DNA of 64,000 nucleotides, taken from the NCBI GenBank assembly GCA_965242795.1, contig OZ251505.1, positions 243,737 through 307,736 of the forward strand. The letters run 5' to 3'. This stretch comes from an uncultured Candidatus Binatia bacterium. Its GTDB lineage: Bacteria > Desulfobacterota > Binatia > Bin18. Made by a program: the position numbers and the translations under genes. This document shows, piece by piece, positions 39,752 through 49,031 of this stretch (its first letter is position 1; each line of letters starts with the position of its first letter). The notes beneath the pieces were generated by a model that saw only the letters and a program-made list of their open reading frames with translations, had not been told where the DNA came from and searched no databases.

Positions 39752-40717
39752 CTACGTCAGGCCCGGAAGCATCTGCTGCTCGTCAGCGGTCCGTGGTGGA
39801 ACAAACAGGTCTTGGAGGTTGGAAAGATCGTCCGGCAGTTGATTCGCTCCGCGTTGTACCAACATGGAGTTGCCCGAGTTCTCTTCTCCGTTGCGTTTGA
39901 CCCACAACGGTACCCAACGTGCCTGCAGGTCTTCGACGGCGCCGTTCCACGTCCCCCCCTTCTGAAGATCGCTACTTATGACAACCGCAGCGTCCGCTAA
40001 ACAGTACACGTAACGGTTGCGTGTCATGGAATTGCCCACGTTGAATCCTGCTTCCGGGTTGAACGGGGAGACGAGCACGACGTTCCGGTCAAGGATGTGT
40101 CGGCGGTATTTTGCCGAAGTCGCCGAACGGAGAAGACTATCCGCCAAGACGCCCACCGCCGTCCCTTCGGCCTCCAACGCCCCCAGCATGGCACTCTGGT
40201 CGATTCCACGCGCTCCGCCCGATACGATGGAATGTCCCTGTGCCGCGGCTCCGGCGCCCAGCCGCTTGGTAAAATCAAGGTCGCTCCCGGTCGCGTTTCT
40301 CGATCCGACCACGGCAAGCCCGCCCTGGTTCAAAAGCCGCTTATTTCCGCAGCCGAAAAGAACCGGCGGCGAGAGCAATTTCAGCCTGTGTTTGAGACGA
40401 TCGGGATATTCAGGGTCGGAACGGGTGAGGACCCAAAGTCCGGCGCGCTGCCACTTCTCGAGAGCGGACGCGAGCGCGACTCCCCGATCAAGCAGGCGTT
40501 CCAGGCGGGAAAGCGTGACCGTCTTGTCCGACCAATCGCAGAGGAGGGTGCTGAAATCCCCCTCCAGAAGAGACGAGGGCGGGAGACCCTGGTCTTCGAG
40601 CCACGTCGTTAGCCTCGCCCATTCGTTGATGGAGAGGGGCTTGATCGGGGGACCGACTGATTTTCCGAACGATGTCGTCAGCAGAAGAACGGCGGAGGTT
40701 TGGTCGATGGACCGCAT
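39752..40717 (-). CDS. DprA/Smf-domain protein (RqlI-like)
   Basis: YPDRLK...PPVLFGCGN, LAVVGSRNA, IVSGGARGIDQ, RNRYVY, GGTWNG; starts 1 nt after the RecQ stop. Confidence 0.9.
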   Translation of the reverse strand: MRSIDQTSAVLLLTTSFGKSVGPPIKPLSINEWARLTTWLEDQGLPPSSLLEGDFSTLLCDWSDKTVTLSRLERLLDRGVALASALEKWQRAGLWVLTRSDPEYPDRLKHRLKLLSPPVLFGCGNKRLLNQGGLAVVGSRNATGSDLDFTKRLGAGAAAQGHSIVSGGARGIDQSAMLGALEAEGTAVGVLADSLLRSATSAKYRRHILDRNVVLVSPFNPEAGFNVGNSMTRNRYVYCLADAAVVISSDLQKGGTWNGAVEDLQARWVPLWVKRNGEENSGNSMLVQRGANQLPDDLSNLQDLFVPPRTADEQQMLPGLT

Positions 40718-40718
40718 T

Positions 40719-42818
40719 TCAGTCTCCTGCGCTTGCCGTGGCGAATGCGACCGGCCAGACGGGGCCGCATCCTGCTTGTCGAAGCAGTGCAGCAACCACG
40801 GTCATCGTCCAACCGGAACCGACGACGTCATCCAGCAAAAGGACGGAGCCGGCGGGAATCGGGACGTCGATACGGAATACGCCATCCAGATTCCGACATT
40901 GATGAAATTGATTCTGTTGCGTTTTCTGCTGTTCGTTGTCCTTGGTTTTGACGACAACAGGATGGAAGGGGAGTTGCAATGCCGCGGCCACCCTTTGCGC
41001 ACAATCGGGAACGAGCACGGGGCGAAGTCGGGAGGGGATACAGGTCACCCATGCAGGCCGCGGGTCCGGCTGCCAGCGGTCCCGCAGCATTTCCACGACG
41101 GCCGCAATGAGTTCGTCACGAAACCGTCCCTCACGTTTATCGTCCGCGACAATCCGTCCCCAGCCGGCGTCGCCCCAACGAGAAAGAATCCGTCCGGTTT
41201 CGGCGCGGAGGTCGTGGGACAGATTCCCACTGAATCCATATTCGGGAAAGGCATTCGGGGAGATCCGTATCCGACATTTGAGAGGGGTTTCTGATCGGCG
41301 CAGGAATCGGGCCGCAGTAATAGCGTGAGGACGAGAAGATGAGGGTTCGACGATCGGGCGACCTAAACAAGGAGCACACCTGCCGCAACGCTGCGGATTT
41401 TCGTCGTCGAGCGATTCTGCAAGAAATTTCATCAGGCAGCCGTCTTCATCGATGTATCGCTGAACTTCGTGCCATTCGACAGAGCGTTGCTGCGTCAAAC
41501 GCCGAATACGCTCATGGTCCATGTGATAATCTAGGGGGGTCCGGCGCCACAGAGAACCGTCTTTTATCACCGGGGCCGGATTGTCCACCGACAGAAACTT
41601 GAGTGTTTTTTCGATTTGGCCGTACCTCAGATTGACGGTCTTTTCCAATTGGCGGATGGTGAGCCCGTCGCTCTTCTCGAGAACGTCGAGCAGTGCCTTG
41701 ACCCACGGTTCGCTTGGAAAAGCCGTCCGGCGAAAATACTCTTGGATGGCGTCGTCTTCGTGACCAGACATCAATATCCCAAAAGCAGACTCGATTGCTC
41801 GGCCTGCTCTCCCGACTTGCTGATAATACGCAATGATCGAACCGGGGGCTTGATAATGGACGACGAATCCCAGATCAGGCTTGTCGTACCCCATCCCCAG
41901 GGCGGTCGTTGCGACCAAAGCCTTGATCCGATTTCGGAAGAGCAGATCTTCGACGTGTTGCCGATACGCTGCCGAATTCTCGAATCCTTCACCCGTTGCA
42001 TTGCTGAAGTACGCGCGTGCGGTAACGCCCCGTGCCGTCAGCCAACCCGCGACCTGTTCGGCATCTCGTCTCGTGAGGGTATAGACGATCCCGGTTTCCG
42101 GAAGCGCTTTTACATGTTCTGCCAACCAGGACAGACGGGCCGCTTGTGAGGGTAGCCGTATATTCTGCAATGCGAGTGTGTCCCGCATCAACGGGCCCCG
42201 CTGAATCCCGATATGTCCGAGTTGCTCTCGAACGTCCTTGACTACGCGGTCGTTGGCCGTGGCGGTCGTACCGAGAAGCGGAATGTTTTCGGGAATACGC
42301 TGCAGAACGTTGACCAGACGCCGGTAATCGGGCCGAAAGTCATGTCCCCAATCGGAGATGCAGTGCACTTCATCAATCACCAACAATCCGATGCGACCGG
42401 CAAGAGGTAAAAGTACGTTTTCCGCAAAATCGTCGTTGGCCAGACGCTCGGGTGAAATCAGTAGGGCATCGGCCTCATCGTGTCGGACAACCCGTTCCAG
42501 GGCAGACCAGTCGTCCCTATTGGAAGAATTAATGCTCACCGCCTTGAGACCGAAGCGATCGGCCGCCTCGATCTGATTGCGCATCAGTGCCAGAAGCGGA
42601 GAAATGATGAGCGTCGGGCCGCGCCCGACATCTCGCAACATCCGCGTGGCAACGAAATAGACGGCGCTCTTGCCCCAGCCGGTTCGTTGAACGACCAGTA
42701 GGCGTTCGCGCCTGTTGACCAGCGCGTCGACGGCTTCCCACTGCCCGTCCCTGAACTGAGCGGCCCGGTCGTCCAAAGCGATCCGAAGAATGCCGAGTGC
42801 TTCTTCCTTGTTCGCCAT
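40719..42818 (-). CDS. RecQ-like helicase with C-terminal phosphoribosyltransferase-like domain (RqlH-like)
   Basis: QRTGWGKS, IDEVHCISDWGHDFRPDY, TTATAN, ATTALGMGYDKPD, QQVGRAGR, Zn motif CGRCAPC; PRPP-type LLLDDVVGSGWTM. Confidence 0.92.
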   Translation of the reverse strand: MANKEEALGILRIALDDRAAQFRDGQWEAVDALVNRRERLLVVQRTGWGKSAVYFVATRMLRDVGRGPTLIISPLLALMRNQIEAADRFGLKAVSINSSNRDDWSALERVVRHDEADALLISPERLANDDFAENVLLPLAGRIGLLVIDEVHCISDWGHDFRPDYRRLVNVLQRIPENIPLLGTTATANDRVVKDVREQLGHIGIQRGPLMRDTLALQNIRLPSQAARLSWLAEHVKALPETGIVYTLTRRDAEQVAGWLTARGVTARAYFSNATGEGFENSAAYRQHVEDLLFRNRIKALVATTALGMGYDKPDLGFVVHYQAPGSIIAYYQQVGRAGRAIESAFGILMSGHEDDAIQEYFRRTAFPSEPWVKALLDVLEKSDGLTIRQLEKTVNLRYGQIEKTLKFLSVDNPAPVIKDGSLWRRTPLDYHMDHERIRRLTQQRSVEWHEVQRYIDEDGCLMKFLAESLDDENPQRCGRCAPCLGRPIVEPSSSRPHAITAARFLRRSETPLKCRIRISPNAFPEYGFSGNLSHDLRAETGRILSRWGDAGWGRIVADDKREGRFRDELIAAVVEMLRDRWQPDPRPAWVTCIPSRLRPVLVPDCAQRVAAALQLPFHPVVVKTKDNEQQKTQQNQFHQCRNLDGVFRIDVPIPAGSVLLLDDVVGSGWTMTVVAALLRQAGCGPVWPVAFATASAGD

Positions 42819-42855
42819 GCTTGCTTTCGTTTTCGGATTGCAAACGTTGAGCGAT

Positions 42856-43116
42856 TCACCCCGAACCAAGCCGAGGCACGGTCTCTATCGCTTCCAGCAC
42901 CAAGTTGGCGGAGTCGTCCAGATGCGCACGCCAGTCGGACGAGACGACGCCGGGAGTGTCGAACTCCTCGACGATCAGCGGCCCGTCGGTTCCGTCGCCA
43001 CAATCCGCGCGGCTGACGACCGGAGTGTCGCGCTCACCGTATTCGGGGCCGAAGTACCCCGGTCGGGTCGGGGACGACGTAGATGCGGATGCGGTACGCC
43101 GCACATGCTCGCCCAT
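42856..43116 (-). pseudogene. 3' remnant of a hydantoinase/oxoprolinase A-type gene
   Basis: RPGYFGPEYGERDTPVVSRAD...GPLIVEEFDTPGVVSSDWRAHLDDSANLVLE resembles the extreme C-terminus of HyuA/OplA; the rest of the gene is absent. Confidence 0.6.
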
Positions 43117-43176
43117 CTGACGGAATAAGAGAAAGGCGGTTCGCAGGCCGGCGTACGGGAACATTCCGAGGCAGGG

Positions 43177-43578
43177 TCAGGCGTCGAGCACGGCAATCGC
43201 TTCGATTTCGATCAGCAGGCCGTCCAGGGCGAGTGCCTGCACGCCGATCAGCGTACTGGCCGGCGCATGCTCCTGCGGCAGGTATTGCCCGCGCACCTCG
43301 CGGATCAGGCCGATCATGTCGGTCCGATAGTTCACGACGTACGTATTCGTCTTGACCACGTCGGCGAACGTGGCGCCGACCGCGGCGAGCGCCTTCTTCA
43401 CGTTCTCGAAGGTCTGCACGGCCTGGGCGCGCAAGTCGCCGCGGCCCACCAACTCGTTGTTCTCGTCGAAGGCGACCTGTCCGGAGATGAAGACCATCTT
43501 CCCCGGCCCCGAGGTCACGACCTGGGAGAATCCGGGCAGCACGGGCATTCCCGCCGGGTTCAGAAATTCCTTTTGCAT
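43177..43578 (-). CDS. RidA/YjgF family protein
   Basis: FISGQVAFD, DVVKTNTYV, PASTLIGVQALA, LIEIEAIAV. Confidence 0.92.
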   Translation of the reverse strand: MQKEFLNPAGMPVLPGFSQVVTSGPGKMVFISGQVAFDENNELVGRGDLRAQAVQTFENVKKALAAVGATFADVVKTNTYVVNYRTDMIGLIREVRGQYLPQEHAPASTLIGVQALALDGLLIEIEAIAVLDA

Positions 43579-43652
43579 GGTTGCTCCTCAACCGTCCGAG
43601 CCGGGCGGCGTGCGTGGCAGGCGGGAAAACAGGTCGGGAAGACGCGACACGC

Positions 43653-44099
43653 TTACATGCCGCTGATCAACTCGAGGACCGTCCCGTCGGGGTCCTTGAA
43701 ACACACCACGCCGACCTCGGCCCCGTCCGGCGTCCTGATCTTGTTGAGCGGCGCTACGAACTCGACGCCCATCTCCTGCAGGTCGGCGTTGGTCTTGTCG
43801 ATGTCGTCCACCGCGAACGCGATGCGGCAGATGCCGATGTTGTTCAGCGTGGCGTACGGCTCGCCTTGCGGGGGCGGGTCGAGGAACTGGACCAGGTCGA
43901 GCACCGGCGCGTTCTCGTCGTCGCCCAGGCGCATGAAGACCCCACGCAACTTGCGCGCGTCCAGTCCCAGTGCCACGCCTACGCTGGGGTCGTCCAGGGT
44001 GAAGTCGTTCACCTTGTTGAAACCGAGCTTCTCGTAGAACGGAATGGATCGCTCCATGTCCCGCACACAGATGTTGACGTGGAAGATGCGCGTCAGCAT
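43653..44099 (-). CDS. VOC/glyoxalase family protein
   Basis: IFHVNICVRDMERSIPFY...FKDPDGTVLELI. Confidence 0.92.
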   Translation of the reverse strand: MLTRIFHVNICVRDMERSIPFYEKLGFNKVNDFTLDDPSVGVALGLDARKLRGVFMRLGDDENAPVLDLVQFLDPPPQGEPYATLNNIGICRIAFAVDDIDKTNADLQEMGVEFVAPLNKIRTPDGAEVGVVCFKDPDGTVLELISGM

Positions 44100-44155
44100 G
44101 TTCGCCTCCTTCAGCGAGTTCTTTCCTCAGCGAGGATCGGGTTCAGAAAAACTGC

Positions 44156-45838
44156 CTAGGCTCGGCCGGAACGCAGCACTTGACCCGGCATAGCCCCCGT
44201 GTGCTTGCCGTCCTCGTACAGCACCTCACCGTTCACGATCGTGTACTGGACGCCTTGCGCCGGCATGACCAGGCGCCGGCCTCCGCCGGGCAGGTCGCTG
44301 CGCATTTCCCCGCGGCGTGCCGAGCCGATGGTGTCGTAGTCGAAGATGGCGAAATCCGCGGCCAAGCCCGGCGCGATCCTGCCCCGCGTCGTCATGCCGT
44401 AGAACGCCGCGGGCTCGGAGGTGATCCGTTTCACCGCGTGTTCCAGGGTCATAGCCTGCCGGTCGCGCACCCAGGTGCCGATCAGATAGGTGCAGTAGCC
44501 GGCGTCGCACAGCATGTCCACGTGCGCCCCGCCGTCGGACAGGCCGACCATCGTCTGGTCGTGCGTAATCAGTTCGGGGATGCGGTCTTCGTCCGCGTTG
44601 AACAGTTCGTAGGTGTATTGCAGTTGCAGGTCGTCTTCGATGCACAGGTCGAGGAACGTATCCAGCCCGTCCCTACCCCGCTGTGCGGCGATCTCGGCCA
44701 CGCTCTTGCCGACGAGCGCCTGCATGTCCGGCCGGCCCGCCTCGTGCACGATGGCCCGCTCCCACTTGCCGGTGAACACTTTCGGCCGCTCCATCTCCTG
44801 ACGGAATGCGGCGCGGAAGTTCGCGTCCCGGTAGAAGGCTTGCTGTTGTTCGACCGGCTGGTCGAAGGCCGGCTTCCAGCACGGCAGGTTGGCGAAGATG
44901 AACGGTTTGCGCAGGTCGATCTGGATGATGAGCGGCCGGCAGGTGACCTGCGGGACGGCGCCGCGCCGAAACAGCGGCTCCATCGCCCGCAGCGTGTTCA
45001 GCGTGGCGTCGGGCTGGTCGTCGCGGTTGAGCAGCGCCAGCCACGTCACGGGCCGGCCGCTCTCGGCGAGTAGCATGTCCAGCAACGCGTGCTCGGACTC
45101 GTCCACGATCGACACGTTGTTGGTCAACGCCAGTTCGATCACGCCCTTGCCCGACTCGCGCAGCGCGTTGCAGTAGGCCGTCAACTCGTCGCGGCTGGCC
45201 TGCCGGCAGGCGATCGGCCGGCCCTGATAGCCGATGTGCTGCGCCACGTTGGTGGTCGAAAATCCGAACGCGCCCGCGGCCACCGCCTCTTTGATGAGCG
45301 CCTTGATCCGGGCGGTTTCCTCGGGCGTGGCGGCGCGATCCATCGACTCTTCGCCCATCACGAAATGGCGGAACGGCGTGAGCGCGGCCATGAAGCCAAT
45401 GTTGATGCCGCTGCCGCGGCGGGCCGCAGCGTCCATGTATTCCGGGAAGGTCTGCCAGTCCCACGTGACGCCCTTGCCCAACACGTCGAACGGAATCGCC
45501 TCGACGTTGACGAGGTCCCAGGCGGCGATCTCATGGCTCTCGGGCTTGCAGGGCGCGAGTCCGACCCCGCAGTTCCCCATCACTAGACTGGTCACACCGT
45601 GCCACGAGGAGGAGGTAATCAGCGGGTCCCAGCAGATCTGGGCGTCGTAATGGGTGTGCGGATCGATGAAGCCCGGGGCCACGATCAGGTCCGCGGCGTC
45701 GATGACGCGTGCGGCCGCATCCGCGACCGTGCCGACTGCGGCGATCTTCCCGTCTGCCACGGCCACGTCGGCCCGAAAGCTCGGCGCGCCGGTGCCGTCC
45801 ACCACCGTCCCGTTCTTGATGACGATATCGTAAGCCAT
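44156..45838 (-). CDS. Amidohydrolase (N-acyl-D-amino-acid deacylase family)
   Basis: IKNGTVVDGTG, APGFIDPHTHYDAQ, MGNCG, SDGGAHV, GRIAPGLAADFAIFD. Confidence 0.93.
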   Translation of the reverse strand: MAYDIVIKNGTVVDGTGAPSFRADVAVADGKIAAVGTVADAAARVIDAADLIVAPGFIDPHTHYDAQICWDPLITSSSWHGVTSLVMGNCGVGLAPCKPESHEIAAWDLVNVEAIPFDVLGKGVTWDWQTFPEYMDAAARRGSGINIGFMAALTPFRHFVMGEESMDRAATPEETARIKALIKEAVAAGAFGFSTTNVAQHIGYQGRPIACRQASRDELTAYCNALRESGKGVIELALTNNVSIVDESEHALLDMLLAESGRPVTWLALLNRDDQPDATLNTLRAMEPLFRRGAVPQVTCRPLIIQIDLRKPFIFANLPCWKPAFDQPVEQQQAFYRDANFRAAFRQEMERPKVFTGKWERAIVHEAGRPDMQALVGKSVAEIAAQRGRDGLDTFLDLCIEDDLQLQYTYELFNADEDRIPELITHDQTMVGLSDGGAHVDMLCDAGYCTYLIGTWVRDRQAMTLEHAVKRITSEPAAFYGMTTRGRIAPGLAADFAIFDYDTIGSARRGEMRSDLPGGGRRLVMPAQGVQYTIVNGEVLYEDGKHTGAMPGQVLRSGRA

Positions 45839-45958
45839 GCTGTTCCCTCCTTAGTACGAGAGCCGTCCACCCTCGACAACCATGAAATGAACGATAGAGC
45901 CTCTGCAACGAGTCACGCTCACCTTTTCGCACGCTTCGAGAGGTATTTCCATACGTCC

Positions 45959-46561
45959 CTATGAAACAACATCATAGATCGCTTCAGCGACCCGTTCCAT
46001 GAAATCGACGGCTTCGTCAACCATTGGCGCGTCAATAGCCCAACGTGTCTGCGGATACGAGGGATTCACATCGGCCTCGTGAGCAATCTGGTTTCTACGG
46101 TTGACTATCAGGCCAAGTCTCTCCCTGACGTCTTGTGCATTCCATCCAAGTCTGTCTGCCACTTCATCCCATAGCCGCACATCGGAAATCAGACGGACAG
46201 CGTCCGCTATGTTGTTGGAATTTTGAAAACTTCTATACCCGTGTCGGTTTCTGATCTCTTGCTCTAACCAATTTTCGTTGGCGGGATCAGCAATACCCCG
46301 GAGGACGTTGGCAAGAAAAATTTCAAACCTGAGAAAAGCCTGGGTACGTTCACGATCGCCCTTGTACGTCGCTAACATCCCAAATTTGACAATCTCATGG
46401 ACATAGTGGTCGAGGGCGCTGACGGCGAGAACAAGTTCAGCACGGAGTATATCGGAGAGGTCCAAGACCGTCGTCGTCTGAGCATTCAAGTTTTCAACGA
46501 GTGACCCAAGATTTCGAACACGACTGATATTTTCGCGAAATTGACTGATTGCCGCCTCCAT
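45959..46561 (-). CDS. HEPN-domain protein (RiboL-PSP-HEPN/MAE_28990-like), predicted RNase
   Basis: DILRAELVLAVSALDHYVHE and intact R-x4-H motif RRNQIAH; low GC. Confidence 0.8.
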   Translation of the reverse strand: MEAAISQFRENISRVRNLGSLVENLNAQTTTVLDLSDILRAELVLAVSALDHYVHEIVKFGMLATYKGDRERTQAFLRFEIFLANVLRGIADPANENWLEQEIRNRHGYRSFQNSNNIADAVRLISDVRLWDEVADRLGWNAQDVRERLGLIVNRRNQIAHEADVNPSYPQTRWAIDAPMVDEAVDFMERVAEAIYDVVS

Positions 46562-46641
46562 AGCTTGCTACTTTTTATGTAGGGCAGACGGTTCTACCGA
46601 GATGTCCGGCAAGATTCTCTTTGGGTCCTTCTTCTTCGGAA

Positions 46642-47679
46642 TTATTGTGTCAGTTTGATGACCTTATCAGAAAGTTCTACGAATATGTTCTCGAATCTCT
46701 CGCGTGATTCCTCACTTTTCGCCAACACGACACCCGTTTGACCTAGCTGGTCCTGTGTTAGCGCGAAAACCGGAGTATTGTTTTTCTGCGACTTTGCGAT
46801 GAGCGAGTTGAAGTCGGGAATGGTCGCCAAACAATAATCTGGCATTTCCATCCGACGATATTTCGTGGAGGGGAAGGCCATTGCAATATTCTCTAACGCA
46901 GGGATAAATCGCCGAGAAACCTTGTTGTTGATCTGATCGATCCAGTCTTGAAAGCTACGTGCGGGACGATCCGCATGGGGGCGATAATTTTGTACTATCG
47001 TCCCTAGGAATGTAGGGGTACCATCGGGAAATGGGTAAACGGCATTTTTTAATATGTCCATTGAGGAGGCTTTTTCCGCCCACGCTTTCCAACGTGGGAG
47101 GATGTTACACAGCGAATCTATCGCCATCACTGAAAAAAAATCTGGCGTTGTTGGAACGATAAAATAGTCACTCGTCATTAGCAGATTCTTGTTGAATGCG
47201 CTCAGGCTCGGATTCATATCAACTAAAACGTAGTCGGCCTCGAATTTCTTTGCCGTCTTTTCCAAAAGGACCGAAATTGAGCCGGGGAGATTCTGGAGAG
47301 TCTGTATAGAGCCTGAAAGTTCCTGCGCTATGCCGAGAGTCACTTCGTATTCGGAAAGACCGATGTGGCCGGGCAACAGGAAGAGTCCTTCGCGGTCTGC
47401 AACGGATACGCAGTCCACAGCTTCCATCTGAACCGGTTTGGATTCGAAGGCTGGCGCCAAGCCGACTTTCAAATTTCGATCCTCTTCTTCCTCATAAAAA
47501 CGTTGGAGTTCTGACGGTCCTTTATATCCAAGAACCAACCCCGTCAAATTGGACTGTGGATCCGCGTCAACGAGGATGACTCGTTTTCCTTTGGAGGCCA
47601 GAATCCAGCCTAAATTGAAGGTGGTTGTAGTCTTACTTACTCCACCCTTGTGATTGAATAACGCTATCCTCTTTGCCAT
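46642..47679 (-). CDS. Orphan ParA-family ATPase
   Basis: Deviant Walker A NHKGGVSKTTT, VDADPQSNLT, VLVDMNPSLS; start after GGAGGAG RBS; no parB nearby; low GC. Confidence 0.88.
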   Translation of the reverse strand: MAKRIALFNHKGGVSKTTTTFNLGWILASKGKRVILVDADPQSNLTGLVLGYKGPSELQRFYEEEEDRNLKVGLAPAFESKPVQMEAVDCVSVADREGLFLLPGHIGLSEYEVTLGIAQELSGSIQTLQNLPGSISVLLEKTAKKFEADYVLVDMNPSLSAFNKNLLMTSDYFIVPTTPDFFSVMAIDSLCNILPRWKAWAEKASSMDILKNAVYPFPDGTPTFLGTIVQNYRPHADRPARSFQDWIDQINNKVSRRFIPALENIAMAFPSTKYRRMEMPDYCLATIPDFNSLIAKSQKNNTPVFALTQDQLGQTGVVLAKSEESRERFENIFVELSDKVIKLTQ

Positions 47680-47816
47680 TTCTCCTCCGCTCATTTTTCA
47701 GGCGCTGGACCGTTGTTATGAAAGGTCTTTCTCTACAAGCTCCTATCAGACGCTTGGGACTTTAGATTCCGGACAGGAGGGCCGCAGCCCCCTCCTTACC
47801 TGTCCGGGCTCCCGGT

Positions 47817-48626
47817 TTACGGTGTGACTTGGCGTGCCGAGACCCTGTCCTCCGCGTCTCCGACCGCCGCAATCTCCGCCGGCCGCGTTGCGCCGTTGTG
47901 CGCGACGGCAACGCCGTCCAGCAGGCCGGGCGCCTGCGGCGTGCCGGCATTCTCCAGCATCCCGACCGCAATCGACTTGAGCGGCTCCAGGTACTCGGAA
48001 AGCCGCGTGAAACTGTGCAGCGCCCAATGGCGCACCGCCCACGACTGCGCCAACACCAGCAGGCAATGCGCCTTCAGGCGGACGTGCCCGGCCGGGAACT
48101 CGCCCTGCTCCACCCCGTACTCGATGATGTCCTCGAAAAAGCGCTGAATGCGCTCTTCGCCCTGCAGAAACCGCTCGCGCTCCGTGGCGGTCAGCGATTT
48201 GGTTTCCTGATAGGCCAGCACGGTGGAGCGGCGCATCTCGTCGGTCAGCGTGGCATAGCGCTCGTACGCACGCAGAAACAGGTCGCGTGGATGGGCGCCG
48301 TGCTGTTTGAGATGCTCGAACTCGGCGCGCAGGTGCCGAAACTCGGCCTCGGTCCGCTGTTGGCCGAACGACAGCAGAAAGAACAGGATTTCTTCCTTGC
48401 TGGCGAAATAATTGAACACCGACCCGACGCTCAGCCCGGCTTTTCGTGCGACCTCGCGCACGCTGGTGTTGTGATAGCCGTCGCGGAGAAAGAGGCCGAG
48501 CGCCGCGGCGGCAATGCGTTCCTTGCCCTCTTGCAGCCGTTTGCCGTCCGCGACCCGCGAGCCGGTTTTGCGTTTCTTGCGTAACACCTGGGGCCGCATC
48601 CCGCTTGCACCTTGTTCCGCTGCCAT
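47817..48626 (-). CDS. TetR/AcrR family transcriptional regulator
   Basis: IAAAALGLFLRDGYHNTSVREVARKAGLSVGSVFNYFASKEEIL HTH. Confidence 0.92.
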   Translation of the reverse strand: MAAEQGASGMRPQVLRKKRKTGSRVADGKRLQEGKERIAAAALGLFLRDGYHNTSVREVARKAGLSVGSVFNYFASKEEILFFLLSFGQQRTEAEFRHLRAEFEHLKQHGAHPRDLFLRAYERYATLTDEMRRSTVLAYQETKSLTATERERFLQGEERIQRFFEDIIEYGVEQGEFPAGHVRLKAHCLLVLAQSWAVRHWALHSFTRLSEYLEPLKSIAVGMLENAGTPQAPGLLDGVAVAHNGATRPAEIAAVGDAEDRVSARQVTP

Positions 48627-48813
48627 CCGAACCGCCCACCGGTGAGTGAGCGTTCATTTCCGCGCTCTTACGCCACGCCCCGCGCCGCTGTCAAGCGAAA
48701 CGGACTTCGGCCTCGTCTGCATAGGGGGACTCATTACCGTGACGTTCGGAGCATCCACGGATTCGAAGGAGAGTCGCTTACCAGACGATACGGAACGATG
48801 TTCGGCCCACCGC

Positions 48814-49019
48814 GTCATTCCGGACTTGATCCGAAATCCAGTCTCCGTGGGGTGATGACAGACATCCGGGTGTCTTCCAGATTCTCGCTTGCGGGAATGA
48901 CGAAAAGGGACGTTATGTAATTCCCCAATTTTTCCTTCGTCACACCCCCGTTCAAGCCGGGGGCAGGCTCTGCGAAAGCAGGTGTCCAGGCCCCGGATTC
49001 CCGCTTGCGCGGGAATGAC
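48814..49019. repeat. Two consecutive GTCA...TGAC palindromic elements (family A)
   Basis: 48814-48901 (gtcattccggacttgatccgaaatcca...gattctcgcttgcgggaatgac) and 48939-49019. Confidence 0.8.
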
Positions 49020-49031
49020 GGCCGGCCGGGG

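Noticed and set aside
39752-40717. DprA as a natural-competence gene
   Set aside because: It is coupled to a RecQ-PRTase gene in a defence island rather than the usual competence/topA context.
35336-43176. Integrative element or prophage boundaries for the defence island
   Set aside because: No integrase, tRNA or flanking direct repeat could be found by eye.
46642-47679. Chromosome/plasmid partitioning parAB locus
   Set aside because: There is no parB or parS repeat, and the downstream gene is a HEPN protein.
48630-48695. TetR promoter/operator (TTGACA plus TGAACGCTCA near-palindrome on the minus strand)
   Set aside because: The -10 match is poor and the palindrome imperfect; too weak to list as a feature.
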